Shown here in pieces: positions 20,559-30,724 of a stretch of DNA of 64,000 nt; the stretch's first letter is position 1, and every line of letters starts with the position of its first letter. A model generated the notes under the pieces. That model was not told the DNA's origin. It was given only the letters and a program-made list of their open reading frames with translations, and searched no databases. A program made the position numbers and the translations under genes. The stretch is taken from contig CAMDWI010000003.1 in the NCBI GenBank assembly GCA_945878555.1, positions 148,287-212,286 on the forward strand, in the 5' to 3' direction. This DNA comes from Klebsiella pneumoniae. GTDB taxonomy: Bacteria; Pseudomonadota; Gammaproteobacteria; Eutrophobiales; Eutrophobiaceae.

Positions 20559-20698
20559 GGGCTGGGTGGTATCCGGTGAAATTTATTGTGAAAATATACA
20601 CTGCCAGGCATGCAAATCATTTATCTTTTTAGGTAAGATGCACACTTGAGGTGACAATCTCGATTGATTTTAACCAATTTAACAAGGATATATTCTTA

Positions 20699-21337
20699 AT
20701 GGTAAAAATGTTTGCTTGTATTATCAGTCTGATAATAACCCTCTCTGCCACCCAAGTGTCTGCTGCAGGCGATGCCGCTGCTGGTGCGCAGAAAGTGCAG
20801 ACCTGTGCTGTATGCCATGGTCCTGATGGCAACAGTGTTAATCCGATGTGGCCCAAGCTTGCCGGGCAACATGCTGAATATATCTTGAAACAACTGCAAA
20901 ACTTCAAGACCGGCGCCCGCAGCAATCCCCAGATGTCGCCCATGGTCGCTGCACTGGGCGATCAGGACATGGAGGATATCTCGGCATACTACTCCGCTCA
21001 GGTACTCAAGGAGTCCCCGATACCAGCGTCCGTTGAAGCTGTAACTGTGGAACTCGGTGAAAAAATCTATCGTGCAGGAGATGCCACATCCAAATTACCG
21101 TCCTGTATGGCATGTCATGGTCCTGCCGCGGGTGGTAATCCGGCAGCAAGATACCCCTCTCTGGTAGGCCAGTATGCCGCCTACACTACAGCCCAGTTGC
21201 AGGCATTCAAGTCAGAGACCAGAAGTAATGATGCCAATAACATGATGAGAGATATTGCCGGGAAACTGTCGAATGAGGAAATTGAGGCTGTATCGCTGTA
21301 TATCCAGGGGCTGTCCCTGTCGACACCGGCCCAGTAA
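20699..21337 (+). CDS. Diheme cytochrome c4
   Basis: Signal peptide, CAVCH and CMACH, PKLAGQ; engB-c4-dsbA synteny; AAGGA RBS before ATG 20699. Confidence 0.93.
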   Translation: MVKMFACIISLIITLSATQVSAAGDAAAGAQKVQTCAVCHGPDGNSVNPMWPKLAGQHAEYILKQLQNFKTGARSNPQMSPMVAALGDQDMEDISAYYSAQVLKESPIPASVEAVTVELGEKIYRAGDATSKLPSCMACHGPAAGGNPAARYPSLVGQYAAYTTAQLQAFKSETRSNDANNMMRDIAGKLSNEEIEAVSLYIQGLSLSTPAQ

Positions 21338-21395
21338 AGAACTACCACTCAAAAATTGTTCAGGTAATTGAACAGATCTTCATACAATCAATCCA

Positions 21396-21434
21396 ACCAG
21401 TTATCTATTCTCAGCACGCGAATAGATAACTGGT
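21396..21434. repeat. Perfect 15-bp inverted repeat between cytochrome c4 and dsbA
   Basis: ACCAGTTATCTATTC-N9-GAATAGATAACTGGT. Confidence 0.8.
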
Positions 21435-21471
21435 ATTTCTGTCAGCACACATTTTGCAGGAGCATACATAA

Positions 21472-22116
21472 ATGTTGAGAAAGATCATCATAACACTACA
21501 GATACTCTTGTCACTGTTTGTACTAGGTCAACAGGCTGCCATGGCGCAGCAGGGAGCTGATGCGAAGCCTAAATTTGTTGAATTAAAACCGGCGCAACCT
21601 ACACAATCGGGCGACAAGATAGAAGTAGTCGAGGTGTTCTGGTACGGTTGCCCTCACTGTTACAGTTTTGAGCCATTTCTTGAAGAATGGTTGAAAACGT
21701 TACCGGAGGATGTGCAGTTTATACGTTTGCCAGGTGTACTGAATCCGGGCTGGATACCACATGCAAAAGCCTATTATACCGCGGAGAAACTTGGCGTACT
21801 TGAGAAAACGCACAGACCGTTGTTCGATGCTATTCATAAGGAAAAGAAGCCGGTCTTTAATGATGAGCAGCTTCGCGATTTCTTTGTGAGCAAGGGTGTA
21901 TCAGCGGAACAGTTTACCGGGACGTTTGCCTCCAAGGAGGTTGATGCAAAGATAAGACAGGCCTATTTTCTGGCGAGAGACTATAAACTTACTGGTGTAC
22001 CTTCTGTCATAGTTAATGGCAAATACCTGACGTCCGCTTCCACCACAGGCACATTTGAAGAACTGATAAATGTGATGAATGCACTGATAGACAAGGAAAG
22101 GCAGGCAAAAAAATAG
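21472..22116 (+). CDS. dsbA: Thiol:disulfide interchange protein DsbA
   Basis: Signal peptide, EVFWYGCPHC, GVP cis-Pro loop, VNGKY. Confidence 0.95.
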   Translation: MLRKIIITLQILLSLFVLGQQAAMAQQGADAKPKFVELKPAQPTQSGDKIEVVEVFWYGCPHCYSFEPFLEEWLKTLPEDVQFIRLPGVLNPGWIPHAKAYYTAEKLGVLEKTHRPLFDAIHKEKKPVFNDEQLRDFFVSKGVSAEQFTGTFASKEVDAKIRQAYFLARDYKLTGVPSVIVNGKYLTSASTTGTFEELINVMNALIDKERQAKK

Positions 22117-22136
22117 TATTTCCTGTATTAATCCGT

Positions 22137-22162
22137 AAAAAAGGCCCGAAAGGGCCTTTTTT
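22137..22162. terminator. Bidirectional intrinsic terminator (dsbA / tRNA-Arg)
   Basis: AAAAAAGGCCC-GAAA-GGGCCTTTTTT. Confidence 0.9.
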
Positions 22163-22171
22163 AACGAGAGT

Positions 22172-22248
22172 TGGCGCGCCCGGCGAGATTCGAACTCACG
22201 ACCTTTGGTTTCGGAAACCAACACTCTATCCAACTGAGCTACGGGCGC
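22172..22248 (-). tRNA. tRNA-Arg (CCG)
   Basis: GCGCCCGTAGCTCAGTTGGATAGAG...TTGGT-TTCCGAA-ACCAA...GTTCGAATC...GGGCGCGCCA; 77 nt with encoded CCA. Confidence 0.96.
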
Positions 22249-22527
22249 ATTTGATGTTGCGAAGTATAATTCATGTAGTTCCATGAAATACACCATCATT
22301 TCATCGTTGATGTGTAAATAAAGGGGGTACAGCTGCCTGTTTTCATATGATGACAGGCGGGATCCTGAGTATGATTAGGACGCGTCGGGTTAACAGATAA
22401 TTTATAACAAAATAAGGAATATTGTTGCACTGCGGTTCCAACTGTCAGTCAGTATCGGTATAATATAAATTCAGTAAGTTGAACAATTCCAGTCCACGAG
22501 TTAAAGAGCTGAAAAGACGTATCCGCG

Positions 22528-23055
22528 ATGGGAAAAGAACAAGATCAAATATTTATCCAGAATTTCATTATCATCCTTGTCATGTTGTTGGGAATGGTGG
22601 CCATATTTGTAATCATTGCCAGGACGATTGGAACTGATGATGTCAAGATAGCCAAGCAGCGTGCACTGGTTATTGCAGAACAAACTCTGCCGGTTGCCAG
22701 CGTGAAACGGGCCGCTGAAACCACGGCCTCGGCATCGTCTGCTGATGGCAGTGCCGCAGTAGCAGATGCCAATCCGGGTAAGACTGTATACGATGGCCTC
22801 TGTTTCTCCTGCCATGGTTCGGGTCTACCCAATATTCCCCAGGTAGGCAAGGCTGAAGACTGGACTGACAGAATAGCCATGGGTACAGCATTACTTTATG
22901 AGCGTGCTATCAACGGTTTTACCGGCGCTTCGGGCATGGCAATGCCTGCAAAAGGTGGTAACGCAACACTCAGCGATGATCAGGTAAAGGCAGCCGTAGA
23001 CTACATGGTATCGAGCAGCCAGTCGGCAGAAGCGGCACCCGCCCCAGCCCCCTGA
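22528..23055 (+). CDS. Membrane-anchored cytochrome c5
   Basis: N-terminal TM, CFSCH, WTDRI, MPAKGG...LSD...AAVDYM. Confidence 0.9.
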   Translation: MGKEQDQIFIQNFIIILVMLLGMVAIFVIIARTIGTDDVKIAKQRALVIAEQTLPVASVKRAAETTASASSADGSAAVADANPGKTVYDGLCFSCHGSGLPNIPQVGKAEDWTDRIAMGTALLYERAINGFTGASGMAMPAKGGNATLSDDQVKAAVDYMVSSSQSAEAAPAPAP

Positions 23056-23104
23056 CAAGTGTCTTATACAGCGGCGATAATCCAGTCCGGCAGTACAATT
23101 TCTG

Positions 23105-23138
23105 TGTCAGTGCTGTGCGGACACGCACAGCACTGACA
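23105..23138. terminator. Perfect 15-bp hairpin between convergent cytochrome c5 and uvrD
   Basis: TGTCAGTGCTGTGCG-GACA-CGCACAGCACTGACA. Confidence 0.65.
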
Positions 23139-23146
23139 GAATCAGG

Positions 23147-25312
23147 TCAGACAGTTACTTCCAGGCTGGCATAGGCAACGACAAGCCATTTCCTGCCTGC
23201 CTGCTCAAAATTGACCTGCACCCTGGCATGACTGCCCTGCCCTTCAACAGTCATGATAACGCCCTCTCCAAACCGCGGATGTGTTACCCGCTGACCCAGC
23301 TGTAATCCGGAACCACCAGAAACCCTGCCTGAAGATTCTTCGCTGCGCATGGAGGTCGACGGGTTACTGCCCAGACGTACCTCAGCCAGTAGCCCGGCAG
23401 GTAATTCGGCCAGAAAGCGCGATGCCTGCGGGTAATATTCACTGCCATGCAGGCGACGATGTTGGGCATAGGTCAAAGTCAGTTTCTTTCGTGCACGGGT
23501 TATACCTACATAACACAGCCTGCGTTCTTCCTCCAGCTGTACCGGGTCATTACTGCTACGTTGATGCGGAAACAGACCCTCTTCAAGGCCGACCAGATAA
23601 ACATTTTCAAATTCCAGTCCCTTTGCTGAATGCAGGGTCATCAGGCTGACGTAGTCCGAATAGATGTCTGCCTGGGTTTCGCCCGATTCGAGCGCTGCGT
23701 GCCCCAGAAAGGCAGCTAGCGGTTCCATCTCCGCATATTCCTCGCGACTAACATCAAACTCGCTTGCGGCTGTCACAAGTTCATCCAGGTTCTCGATACG
23801 CGCCTGTCCTTTTTCGCCTTTTTCCTTACGGTAGTGCTCGATTAGACCACTGCCCTTGACGATGCGATCCATTGCTTCACCCAGATGGATATCACGGATG
23901 CCTGCACCCAGATCACGGATGATAATAAGAAACCTTTCCAGTGCTTTCAGGGCACGTTCTGGCAAGGATTTGCCGTGCAGGATCTGCAAGGCGGACTGCC
24001 ATAGCGAAATATTGTCGCGTTTGGCAAGACTACGCAATTCATCTATTGTTCGTTGTCCTATGCCGCGTACTGGTGTATTGAAGATACGCTCAAACGAGGC
24101 GTCATCTTCGTTGTATACGGAAAGTCGCAAATAGGCGAGTGCATCCTTAATTTCAGCGCGTTCATAGAAACGCATGCCGCCAAAGACCTTGTAGGGTATA
24201 CCCGCATGCATCAGTGACTCTTCAATCATGCGTGATTGGGCGCCAACGCGATACAGGATGGCATGGTCGTTATACGATCCACCCCGCAGTCTCGCCAGAC
24301 TGATCCTGTCGATAACAAAACGGGCCTCGTCCTGTTCATTGTAGGCGGCGTACAGATCGATCTTTTCGCCATCATCATCATCCGTCCACAGCTCCTTGCC
24401 CAAACGGGAGGGATTATTGGCGATCAATGTATTGGCTGCCTTCAGGATATTACCGGTCGAACGATAATTCTGTTCCAGCCGGATCAGTCTTGCCCCGGCA
24501 AAATTTTTCTGGAAATGCTGCATATTTTCAATTTGTGCGCCACGCCAGCTGTAGATGGACTGATCATCGTCACCCACAGCAAACATCGCACCGCTTGTAC
24601 CGGCCAACAGTCTCAACCAGGCATACTGAAGCGCGTTGGTGTCCTGAAACTCATCAACGAGTATATGACGAAATCGTTGCTGGTAATGCGCCAGTAGCTG
24701 TTTCTGATCGCGGAACAATTCGTAGGCCCGCAACAAAAGTTCAGCAAAATCTATCATGCCGGAACGATCACAAAGCGCCTGATAAGCCTGGTATACCCTG
24801 ACCAGCTGTGCCTTTTCAGGGTCACCAAATGTTTCGATATGCTGTGGCCGCAGGCCTTCGTCCTTTTGTGCGTTGATAAACCATTGCAGCTCACGCGGAG
24901 AGTATCGGGCTTCGTCCAGTTCCAGCGACCGTATGACGCGCTTTACCGTACGGTACTGATCGTCATTGTCGAGGATCTGGAAACTCTCGGGCAGCCCGGC
25001 CTCCTGCCAGTGTGCCCGTAGTAGCCGGTGGGCCAGTCCATGGAAGGTGCCCACCCACATGCCGCCTATCGGTCGTTTCAGTAGCGCTTCAATACGGCCG
25101 CGCATTTCGGCAGCCGCCTTGTTGGTGAAGGTAACCGCGAGTATACCAAACGGCATGGCCTCACCCGTTTCAATATACCAGGCGATGCGGTGGACCAGGA
25201 CCCGGGTCTTGCCGCTACCAGCGCCGGCCAGAACCAGCATATTTCCTGTGGGGGCGCCCACGGCCTCGCGTTGCGCGTCGTTCAAACCATTTAATACAGT
25301 GGATACGTCCAT
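23147..25312 (-). CDS. uvrD: DNA helicase II
   Basis: AGAGSGKT, VDEFQDTN, GDDDQSIY, TLHSAKGLEF, EERRLCYVGITRA, C-terminal Tudor-like domain. Confidence 0.97.
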   Translation of the reverse strand: MDVSTVLNGLNDAQREAVGAPTGNMLVLAGAGSGKTRVLVHRIAWYIETGEAMPFGILAVTFTNKAAAEMRGRIEALLKRPIGGMWVGTFHGLAHRLLRAHWQEAGLPESFQILDNDDQYRTVKRVIRSLELDEARYSPRELQWFINAQKDEGLRPQHIETFGDPEKAQLVRVYQAYQALCDRSGMIDFAELLLRAYELFRDQKQLLAHYQQRFRHILVDEFQDTNALQYAWLRLLAGTSGAMFAVGDDDQSIYSWRGAQIENMQHFQKNFAGARLIRLEQNYRSTGNILKAANTLIANNPSRLGKELWTDDDDGEKIDLYAAYNEQDEARFVIDRISLARLRGGSYNDHAILYRVGAQSRMIEESLMHAGIPYKVFGGMRFYERAEIKDALAYLRLSVYNEDDASFERIFNTPVRGIGQRTIDELRSLAKRDNISLWQSALQILHGKSLPERALKALERFLIIIRDLGAGIRDIHLGEAMDRIVKGSGLIEHYRKEKGEKGQARIENLDELVTAASEFDVSREEYAEMEPLAAFLGHAALESGETQADIYSDYVSLMTLHSAKGLEFENVYLVGLEEGLFPHQRSSNDPVQLEEERRLCYVGITRARKKLTLTYAQHRRLHGSEYYPQASRFLAELPAGLLAEVRLGSNPSTSMRSEESSGRVSGGSGLQLGQRVTHPRFGEGVIMTVEGQGSHARVQVNFEQAGRKWLVVAYASLEVTV

Positions 25313-25378
25313 CACTGCATTTTAACGTTCATATCAATGATAGAATAGCGGTCTTTCAATCGTGAAGGAAAGTAATCG

Positions 25379-26698
25379 GTGAATAATCCAAATCTGGAAA
25401 ACATCCTGACCCGCGTGCTGGAACTGGCAGGACAGAATGGCGCCACGTCGGCAGAGGCCAATATCGGGACCGGATCCGGATTCTCGGTCACTGCGCGTAT
25501 GGGTGAACCCGAGACCGTGGAGCACCAGCGTGACAAGGGGCTGAATGTCACCTGTTTCGTCAACCATAAAAAAGGCAGTGCGAGCACAACGGACTTTGGT
25601 GACAAGGCGATCGAGGAAACCGTGCGTGCGGCCTGTACTATCGCCAGGAACACCAGTGAAGATGACTTTGCCGGGCTGCTCGATCCTGAATATATGGCGA
25701 CACAGATACCGGATCTGGATCTGTATCATCCCTGGGATATCACTCCGGAGCAGGCAATTCGCATGGCGATAGAGTGTGAAAATATTGCCAGGTCGTATGA
25801 CCCACGCATCAGCAATTCAGAAGGTGCCACTGTACACAGCTACAGTGGCAGCCATTATTACGGTAACAGTCATGGATTTATCGGGGGCTGGAACTGGTCT
25901 TCACACTCGGTAGACTGCTCCGTGATTGCAGAACAGGACGGCATGATGCAGCGTGACGGCTGGTATTCCAGGGTTCGTGATTACCGCGATCTTGATCCGG
26001 TAAGTAACATTGCCAAAACCGCCGCCATCCGCGCACTACAGAAGCTTGGGTCACGCAAGCTGTCGACGATGTCAGTGCCGGTTATATATGAGGCCCAGGT
26101 GGCCAGCAGTCTGTTTTCCACGTTTGTAAATGCCATCATGGGCGGCGCCCAGTATCGCAAGTCCAGTTTTTTGCTCGACAAGGTTGGTAGTCAGATATTT
26201 CCGGACTACATTACGATTGATGAACGACCGCTGTTGCAAAAAGGTGCGGGTAGCGCACCGTTCGATAATGATGGCATGGCCACGCGTTACCGCGCGCTGG
26301 TTACAGGTGGCGTGTTACAGGGCTATGTACTCAGCGCGTACTCGGCACGAAAACTGGGGTTGAAACCGACCGGAAACGCCGGCGGTGTTCACAACCTGGT
26401 TATAAAAACCGGGAACGATGACCTCGCAGGCCTGCTACGCAGCATGGATCGGGGGCTGCTCATTACGGATCTTATCGGGTTTGGTATCAATATGGTCACC
26501 GGTGATTATTCGCGCGGTGCCTCCGGTTTCTGGGTGGAAAATGGTGAAATCCAGTACCCGGTCGAGGAGATCACCGTTGCCGGCAATCTGTCTGATATGT
26601 ATAAACAGATCCTGGCCGTAGGTAGCGACGTGGACCAGCGCAGGAATATCCAGACCGGCTCGGTCCTGGTAGAAAACATGACGGTGGCAGGCAACTAG
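25379..26698 (+). CDS. pmbA: Metalloprotease PmbA/TldE
   Basis: DLDLYHPW, PFDNDG, TGNAGG, TGDYSRGASGFWVENG. Confidence 0.95.
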   Translation: MNNPNLENILTRVLELAGQNGATSAEANIGTGSGFSVTARMGEPETVEHQRDKGLNVTCFVNHKKGSASTTDFGDKAIEETVRAACTIARNTSEDDFAGLLDPEYMATQIPDLDLYHPWDITPEQAIRMAIECENIARSYDPRISNSEGATVHSYSGSHYYGNSHGFIGGWNWSSHSVDCSVIAEQDGMMQRDGWYSRVRDYRDLDPVSNIAKTAAIRALQKLGSRKLSTMSVPVIYEAQVASSLFSTFVNAIMGGAQYRKSSFLLDKVGSQIFPDYITIDERPLLQKGAGSAPFDNDGMATRYRALVTGGVLQGYVLSAYSARKLGLKPTGNAGGVHNLVIKTGNDDLAGLLRSMDRGLLITDLIGFGINMVTGDYSRGASGFWVENGEIQYPVEEITVAGNLSDMYKQILAVGSDVDQRRNIQTGSVLVENMTVAGN

Positions 26699-26797
26699 CT
26701 CAAATCGTATTGTATTACTGATCCGCCTGCCCGATTTGGCAATGCCGACCGGTACAGGGTAGGATAATCAAAACACAGACAGGGCTAGACAGCGCAG

Positions 26798-27751
26798 ATG
26801 AACCAGGCAGAAACCAGACTTTCCAACCTGCCCGCCAGCACAGGGCTTGAACAGGTTATCGAGGCAGCGAACCGGATCATATTGGGTAAGGAGCATGTCA
26901 TCCGGCTGGCATTGACCTGCATGATCGCCCGCGGCCATCTGTTGATTGAAGACACACCCGGAGTAGGCAAGACCACGCTGGCACATGTGCTGGCCAGAAC
27001 ACTGGGACTCAGCTTTCAGCGTATCCAGTTCACCAGCGATATGTTGCCCGCCGACATACTGGGCGTGTCTGTTTATGATCGCCAGTCCGGCAGGTTCGAA
27101 TTTCATCCCGGGCCTATCTTTTCGCAGTTTATCCTGGCCGACGAGGTTAATCGTGCCACCCCGCGCGCGCAAAGCGCTCTGCTGGAGGCGATGGAAGAAA
27201 ACCAGATCACGCTGGAGGGTGAGACCCGGTCGTTACCGCAGCCGTTTTTTGTTATTGCCACGCAAAATCCGTCAAACCAGATAGGCACCTTTCCATTGCC
27301 GGAATCACAACTGGACAGGTTCATGATGCGACTGCATCTGGGATACCCGGACACCCGGGCCGAACGCGAGCTGTTAAAAGGGCGTGATCGGCGCGAAATG
27401 CTCACGACCCTGACAGCGGCAATGACACCGGATCGTTTGCTGGAACTGCAACAACAGGTATCCCAGGTTATCGTAGCCGATGCCTTACTGGACTATCTGC
27501 AGGATCTGCTTGAGTTCAGTCGTGCCTCCTCTGATTTTAATGGCGGTCTGTCCCCGCGCGCGGGTCTCGCCATCATGCGTAGCGCGCAGGCGTGGGCGCT
27601 GGTGCATGGTCGCACCCATGTGCTGCCGGAAGATGTGCAGGCGGTTTTACCCAGTGTCATAAGTCACCGCCTCAGCCTGACGGATCAGAACAGGTCGATC
27701 AGTCCCTATGCAGTAGCAGAACTGTTGATCAAGCAGGTGCCAGTCCCCTGA
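26798..27751 (+). CDS. MoxR family AAA+ ATPase
   Basis: PGVGKT, RIQFTSDMLP, DEVNRA, ATQNP, LPESQLDRF. Confidence 0.95.
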   Translation: MNQAETRLSNLPASTGLEQVIEAANRIILGKEHVIRLALTCMIARGHLLIEDTPGVGKTTLAHVLARTLGLSFQRIQFTSDMLPADILGVSVYDRQSGRFEFHPGPIFSQFILADEVNRATPRAQSALLEAMEENQITLEGETRSLPQPFFVIATQNPSNQIGTFPLPESQLDRFMMRLHLGYPDTRAERELLKGRDRREMLTTLTAAMTPDRLLELQQQVSQVIVADALLDYLQDLLEFSRASSDFNGGLSPRAGLAIMRSAQAWALVHGRTHVLPEDVQAVLPSVISHRLSLTDQNRSISPYAVAELLIKQVPVP

Positions 27752-27755
27752 ACAA

Positions 27756-28739
27756 ATGACCGAGTCCGTCATACTGGAACAAAAAGCCCCGCAGTCGGGG
27801 CCGGCTACCGCACCGCTGTCGCGTCGACAACGACTTTATATCTTTCCAACCCGCCACGGTCTGGTATATGCCGTCATGCTTGCCGTCATGCTGCTCGGCG
27901 CGGTCAACTACACCAATAACATGGCCTATATGTTGACATTTATGCTGGGTAGTCTGTTTATGGTGTGCATGCTGCATACCTACCGGAACCTGCATGGGCT
28001 CATAATTACGGTGAGCGAGGCCCGTCCGGTGTTTGCCGGGGATATCGCCCGCTTTCCGGTTGTGTTTGACAACCGTCACGGTATGCGGCGTATAAATATC
28101 AATATTGACGTATGGTCGGCGCCGTGGAAAACCAAACGTAGTAGTGGGGAGGGGATTCGGGCCGCCCGTATTGAGGCGGCACAGATGTCCCGTGATTTCC
28201 TGCCCGTAACTGCTAATGAGCGTGGATATCTCAGCCCGGGCAGGATAAAAATTCACTCCAGTTTCCCGCTCGGTCTGTTCCAGTCCTGGTCCTATTTGCC
28301 GGGGCGGAGCCGTAGTCTGGTATACCCGAGACCCCAGGGTGATCCGCGCCTGCCGGCATTGACCGAGGATATTTCCCGTGATCAGACCGGCAGCCTCTCC
28401 GGCACCGATGATTTTACCGGCTTTCGACATTATCGTGCCGGTGACTCTATCCGTAATATCGACTGGAAGATCTATGCACGCGAACAGGGCCTGCTGGTAA
28501 AAAGATTCAGTGGCAGCGGCGCACGCAAACTGGTGTTGCATTGGGACCAGACTGCACAGCTGCCTGATGTGGAAGCCCGCCTGTCACAACTGACCCTGTG
28601 GGTTTTGCAGGCAGAACTTGCCGGTCTGCGTTATGGACTGGTCCTGCCCGGGGTCAAGCTCGACATCAATCATGGCGAGGCGCACCAGCAAAACTGTCTG
28701 CGTGAGCTCGCACTGTATGGCAAAGATGTTAGCCCTTAG
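27756..28739 (+). CDS. DUF58 domain protein
   Basis: FPLGL, RHYRAGDSIRNIDWK; between MoxR and transglutaminase genes. Confidence 0.9.
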   Translation: MTESVILEQKAPQSGPATAPLSRRQRLYIFPTRHGLVYAVMLAVMLLGAVNYTNNMAYMLTFMLGSLFMVCMLHTYRNLHGLIITVSEARPVFAGDIARFPVVFDNRHGMRRININIDVWSAPWKTKRSSGEGIRAARIEAAQMSRDFLPVTANERGYLSPGRIKIHSSFPLGLFQSWSYLPGRSRSLVYPRPQGDPRLPALTEDISRDQTGSLSGTDDFTGFRHYRAGDSIRNIDWKIYAREQGLLVKRFSGSGARKLVLHWDQTAQLPDVEARLSQLTLWVLQAELAGLRYGLVLPGVKLDINHGEAHQQNCLRELALYGKDVSP

Positions 28740-30714
28740 GTGGCAGTCCGCCCATGCGCCCGAGATGCTCTGGCTGTCTGCTGGCGTGTGTATGGCCGTG
28801 TTACCCCACATACTCCATTTACCGATCTGGTCATCCATCCTGTTTTTTTTATTGCTGGGATTCAGACTCTCGGTGACCAAAAATTCTGTCGGCGCAAGGT
28901 TGATCCGCTCACTGCCGTTCAAGCTGATACTGGGGACTATCATCTTTACTGCTGTATTTATCAGTTATGGGACGATGGTCGGCCGGGACGCGGGCGTGGT
29001 CCTGCTGGTCTTGCTGGCGGGTATGAAGCTGCTCGAGATTAATACCGAGCGGGACTATTACATATCGACCTATATCGCGTTTCTGCTGATACTGACCAAC
29101 TTCTTTTATAACCAGACGCTGCCTATCAGTCTTTATCTTGGCTTGACCCTGATTGTGTTGATAGGCTCGTTGCTCAGTTTTAATGAACGTGATGCGACAC
29201 CGCAGTTGCGTGTACGATTGCAGTCCGCCGCCATGCTGTTTCTACATGCCTTGCCGTTGATGTTGATCATGTTCCTGATGTTTCCCCGGTATTCAGGTCC
29301 GTTATGGGGCCTGCCCAAGGATGCATTGGCGGGTCTGTCCGGTATCGATGATGAAATGTCGCCAGGTTCCATCAGCCAGCTTATCCTCTCGGACGAGGTG
29401 GCATTCCGGGTCGAGTTTACTGGCCCCATCCCCGACAAGTCAGATCTCTACTGGCGCGGACCGGTACTCTGGTATACCGACGGTTTCAAATGGGTACCGG
29501 ATCAGCCCAGACGGTATAACATCAACATGGAGACCCGATCCAACCCTGTCAAATACAGCGTAACGCTTGAGCCGACTGACAAGAACTGGTTGTTTGCGCT
29601 GGAGCTTCCGGTTGAACCTGCAACAGACAGTTATCTCAGTCATGACCTGCAATTGCGTACACGTCGATCCGTGACCGTGCGTACCCGGTATGAAGTCAGC
29701 TCCTATCCGGATTACATTCTCAAATCCGGTGGCCCTGAGGAGTTACAAAATGCACTGCAATTACCAGCCAGCTATCACCCACAGGCAATCGAACTGTCAC
29801 AGTCCTGGCGAGCCCGTGGACTCAGTGACAGCGAGATAGTTGAAGAGGCCATGCGCTATTTTAATGAAGAGGATTTTTATTACACGTTAACACCGCCCGC
29901 CCTCCCGAATGACACGATAGACGAGTTTCTGTTCGGGACCCGTCAGGGCTTCTGTGAACACTACGCGGCCGCGTTTACCGTATTGATGCGTGGTGCAGGT
30001 ATTCCGGCCCGTGTCGTCACCGGGTACCAGGGTGGTACCGTCAACCCGGTCGGTAATTATCTGGTAGTGAACCAGCGTGATGCCCATGCCTGGACCGAGG
30101 TCTGGCTTGGTGAAGAACGAGGCTGGGTCCGGGTCGATCCGACCTCGGCAGTATCGCCCTCCCGTGTGACCGACGGTATTCAGAGCGCCATTCCCCAGAG
30201 TCTGATCAATGTTCCGCTCGGTCTGTACAATAACACGCTGGCAAGAAATATCTGGGAGCGCTTCAATAATACATTCGACGCGATCAACAACCGCTGGAAC
30301 CAGTGGGTGCTCGGATATGATCGCAATCGTCAGCGTCAACTACTGGGTGAAATAGGCCTGGGTGGATTGAACCGGCGACAGTTGATGACAGGCATGATCA
30401 TTGTAGTTGTGGTTTGTCTGGCTATCATCGGCACGGTGCTGTTCAGGCGCATCGGCAGCAACAAGGACCCTGCCCGTTACTGGTATGACCGGTTTCTTGC
30501 ACGACTGTCACGTGTCGGTATACGTATCTCTGCCAGTGAAGGACCGGCCGACCTCGCGCGCCGCGCAGTCACCCTGCGGTCAGACCTTGCAGACAATATC
30601 GAATCAATTACCCGCTGCTACATTGATACACGTTACGCAAAGCGGACAGACCGTCTGGAAGAGCTGAAACAGCAGGTCCGGGCCTTCCGTCCGAAACGCC
30701 ACCGCATGACCTGA
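28717..30714 (+). CDS. Transglutaminase TgpA family protein (DUF3488 + TG domain)
   Basis: Multi-TM N-terminus, GFCEHYA, HAWTEV, WVRVDPT (Cys-His-Asp triad); start 28717 or 28726 likelier than 28618. Confidence 0.92.
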   Translation: MAKMLALRWQSAHAPEMLWLSAGVCMAVLPHILHLPIWSSILFFLLLGFRLSVTKNSVGARLIRSLPFKLILGTIIFTAVFISYGTMVGRDAGVVLLVLLAGMKLLEINTERDYYISTYIAFLLILTNFFYNQTLPISLYLGLTLIVLIGSLLSFNERDATPQLRVRLQSAAMLFLHALPLMLIMFLMFPRYSGPLWGLPKDALAGLSGIDDEMSPGSISQLILSDEVAFRVEFTGPIPDKSDLYWRGPVLWYTDGFKWVPDQPRRYNINMETRSNPVKYSVTLEPTDKNWLFALELPVEPATDSYLSHDLQLRTRRSVTVRTRYEVSSYPDYILKSGGPEELQNALQLPASYHPQAIELSQSWRARGLSDSEIVEEAMRYFNEEDFYYTLTPPALPNDTIDEFLFGTRQGFCEHYAAAFTVLMRGAGIPARVVTGYQGGTVNPVGNYLVVNQRDAHAWTEVWLGEERGWVRVDPTSAVSPSRVTDGIQSAIPQSLINVPLGLYNNTLARNIWERFNNTFDAINNRWNQWVLGYDRNRQRQLLGEIGLGGLNRRQLMTGMIIVVVVCLAIIGTVLFRRIGSNKDPARYWYDRFLARLSRVGIRISASEGPADLARRAVTLRSDLADNIESITRCYIDTRYAKRTDRLEELKQQVRAFRPKRHRMT

Positions 30715-30724
30715 AACCGCCAGT

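Noticed and set aside
26798..30714. MoxR-DUF58-transglutaminase triad as a novel system
   Set aside because: Well-known conserved operon (as with Pseudomonas tgpA)
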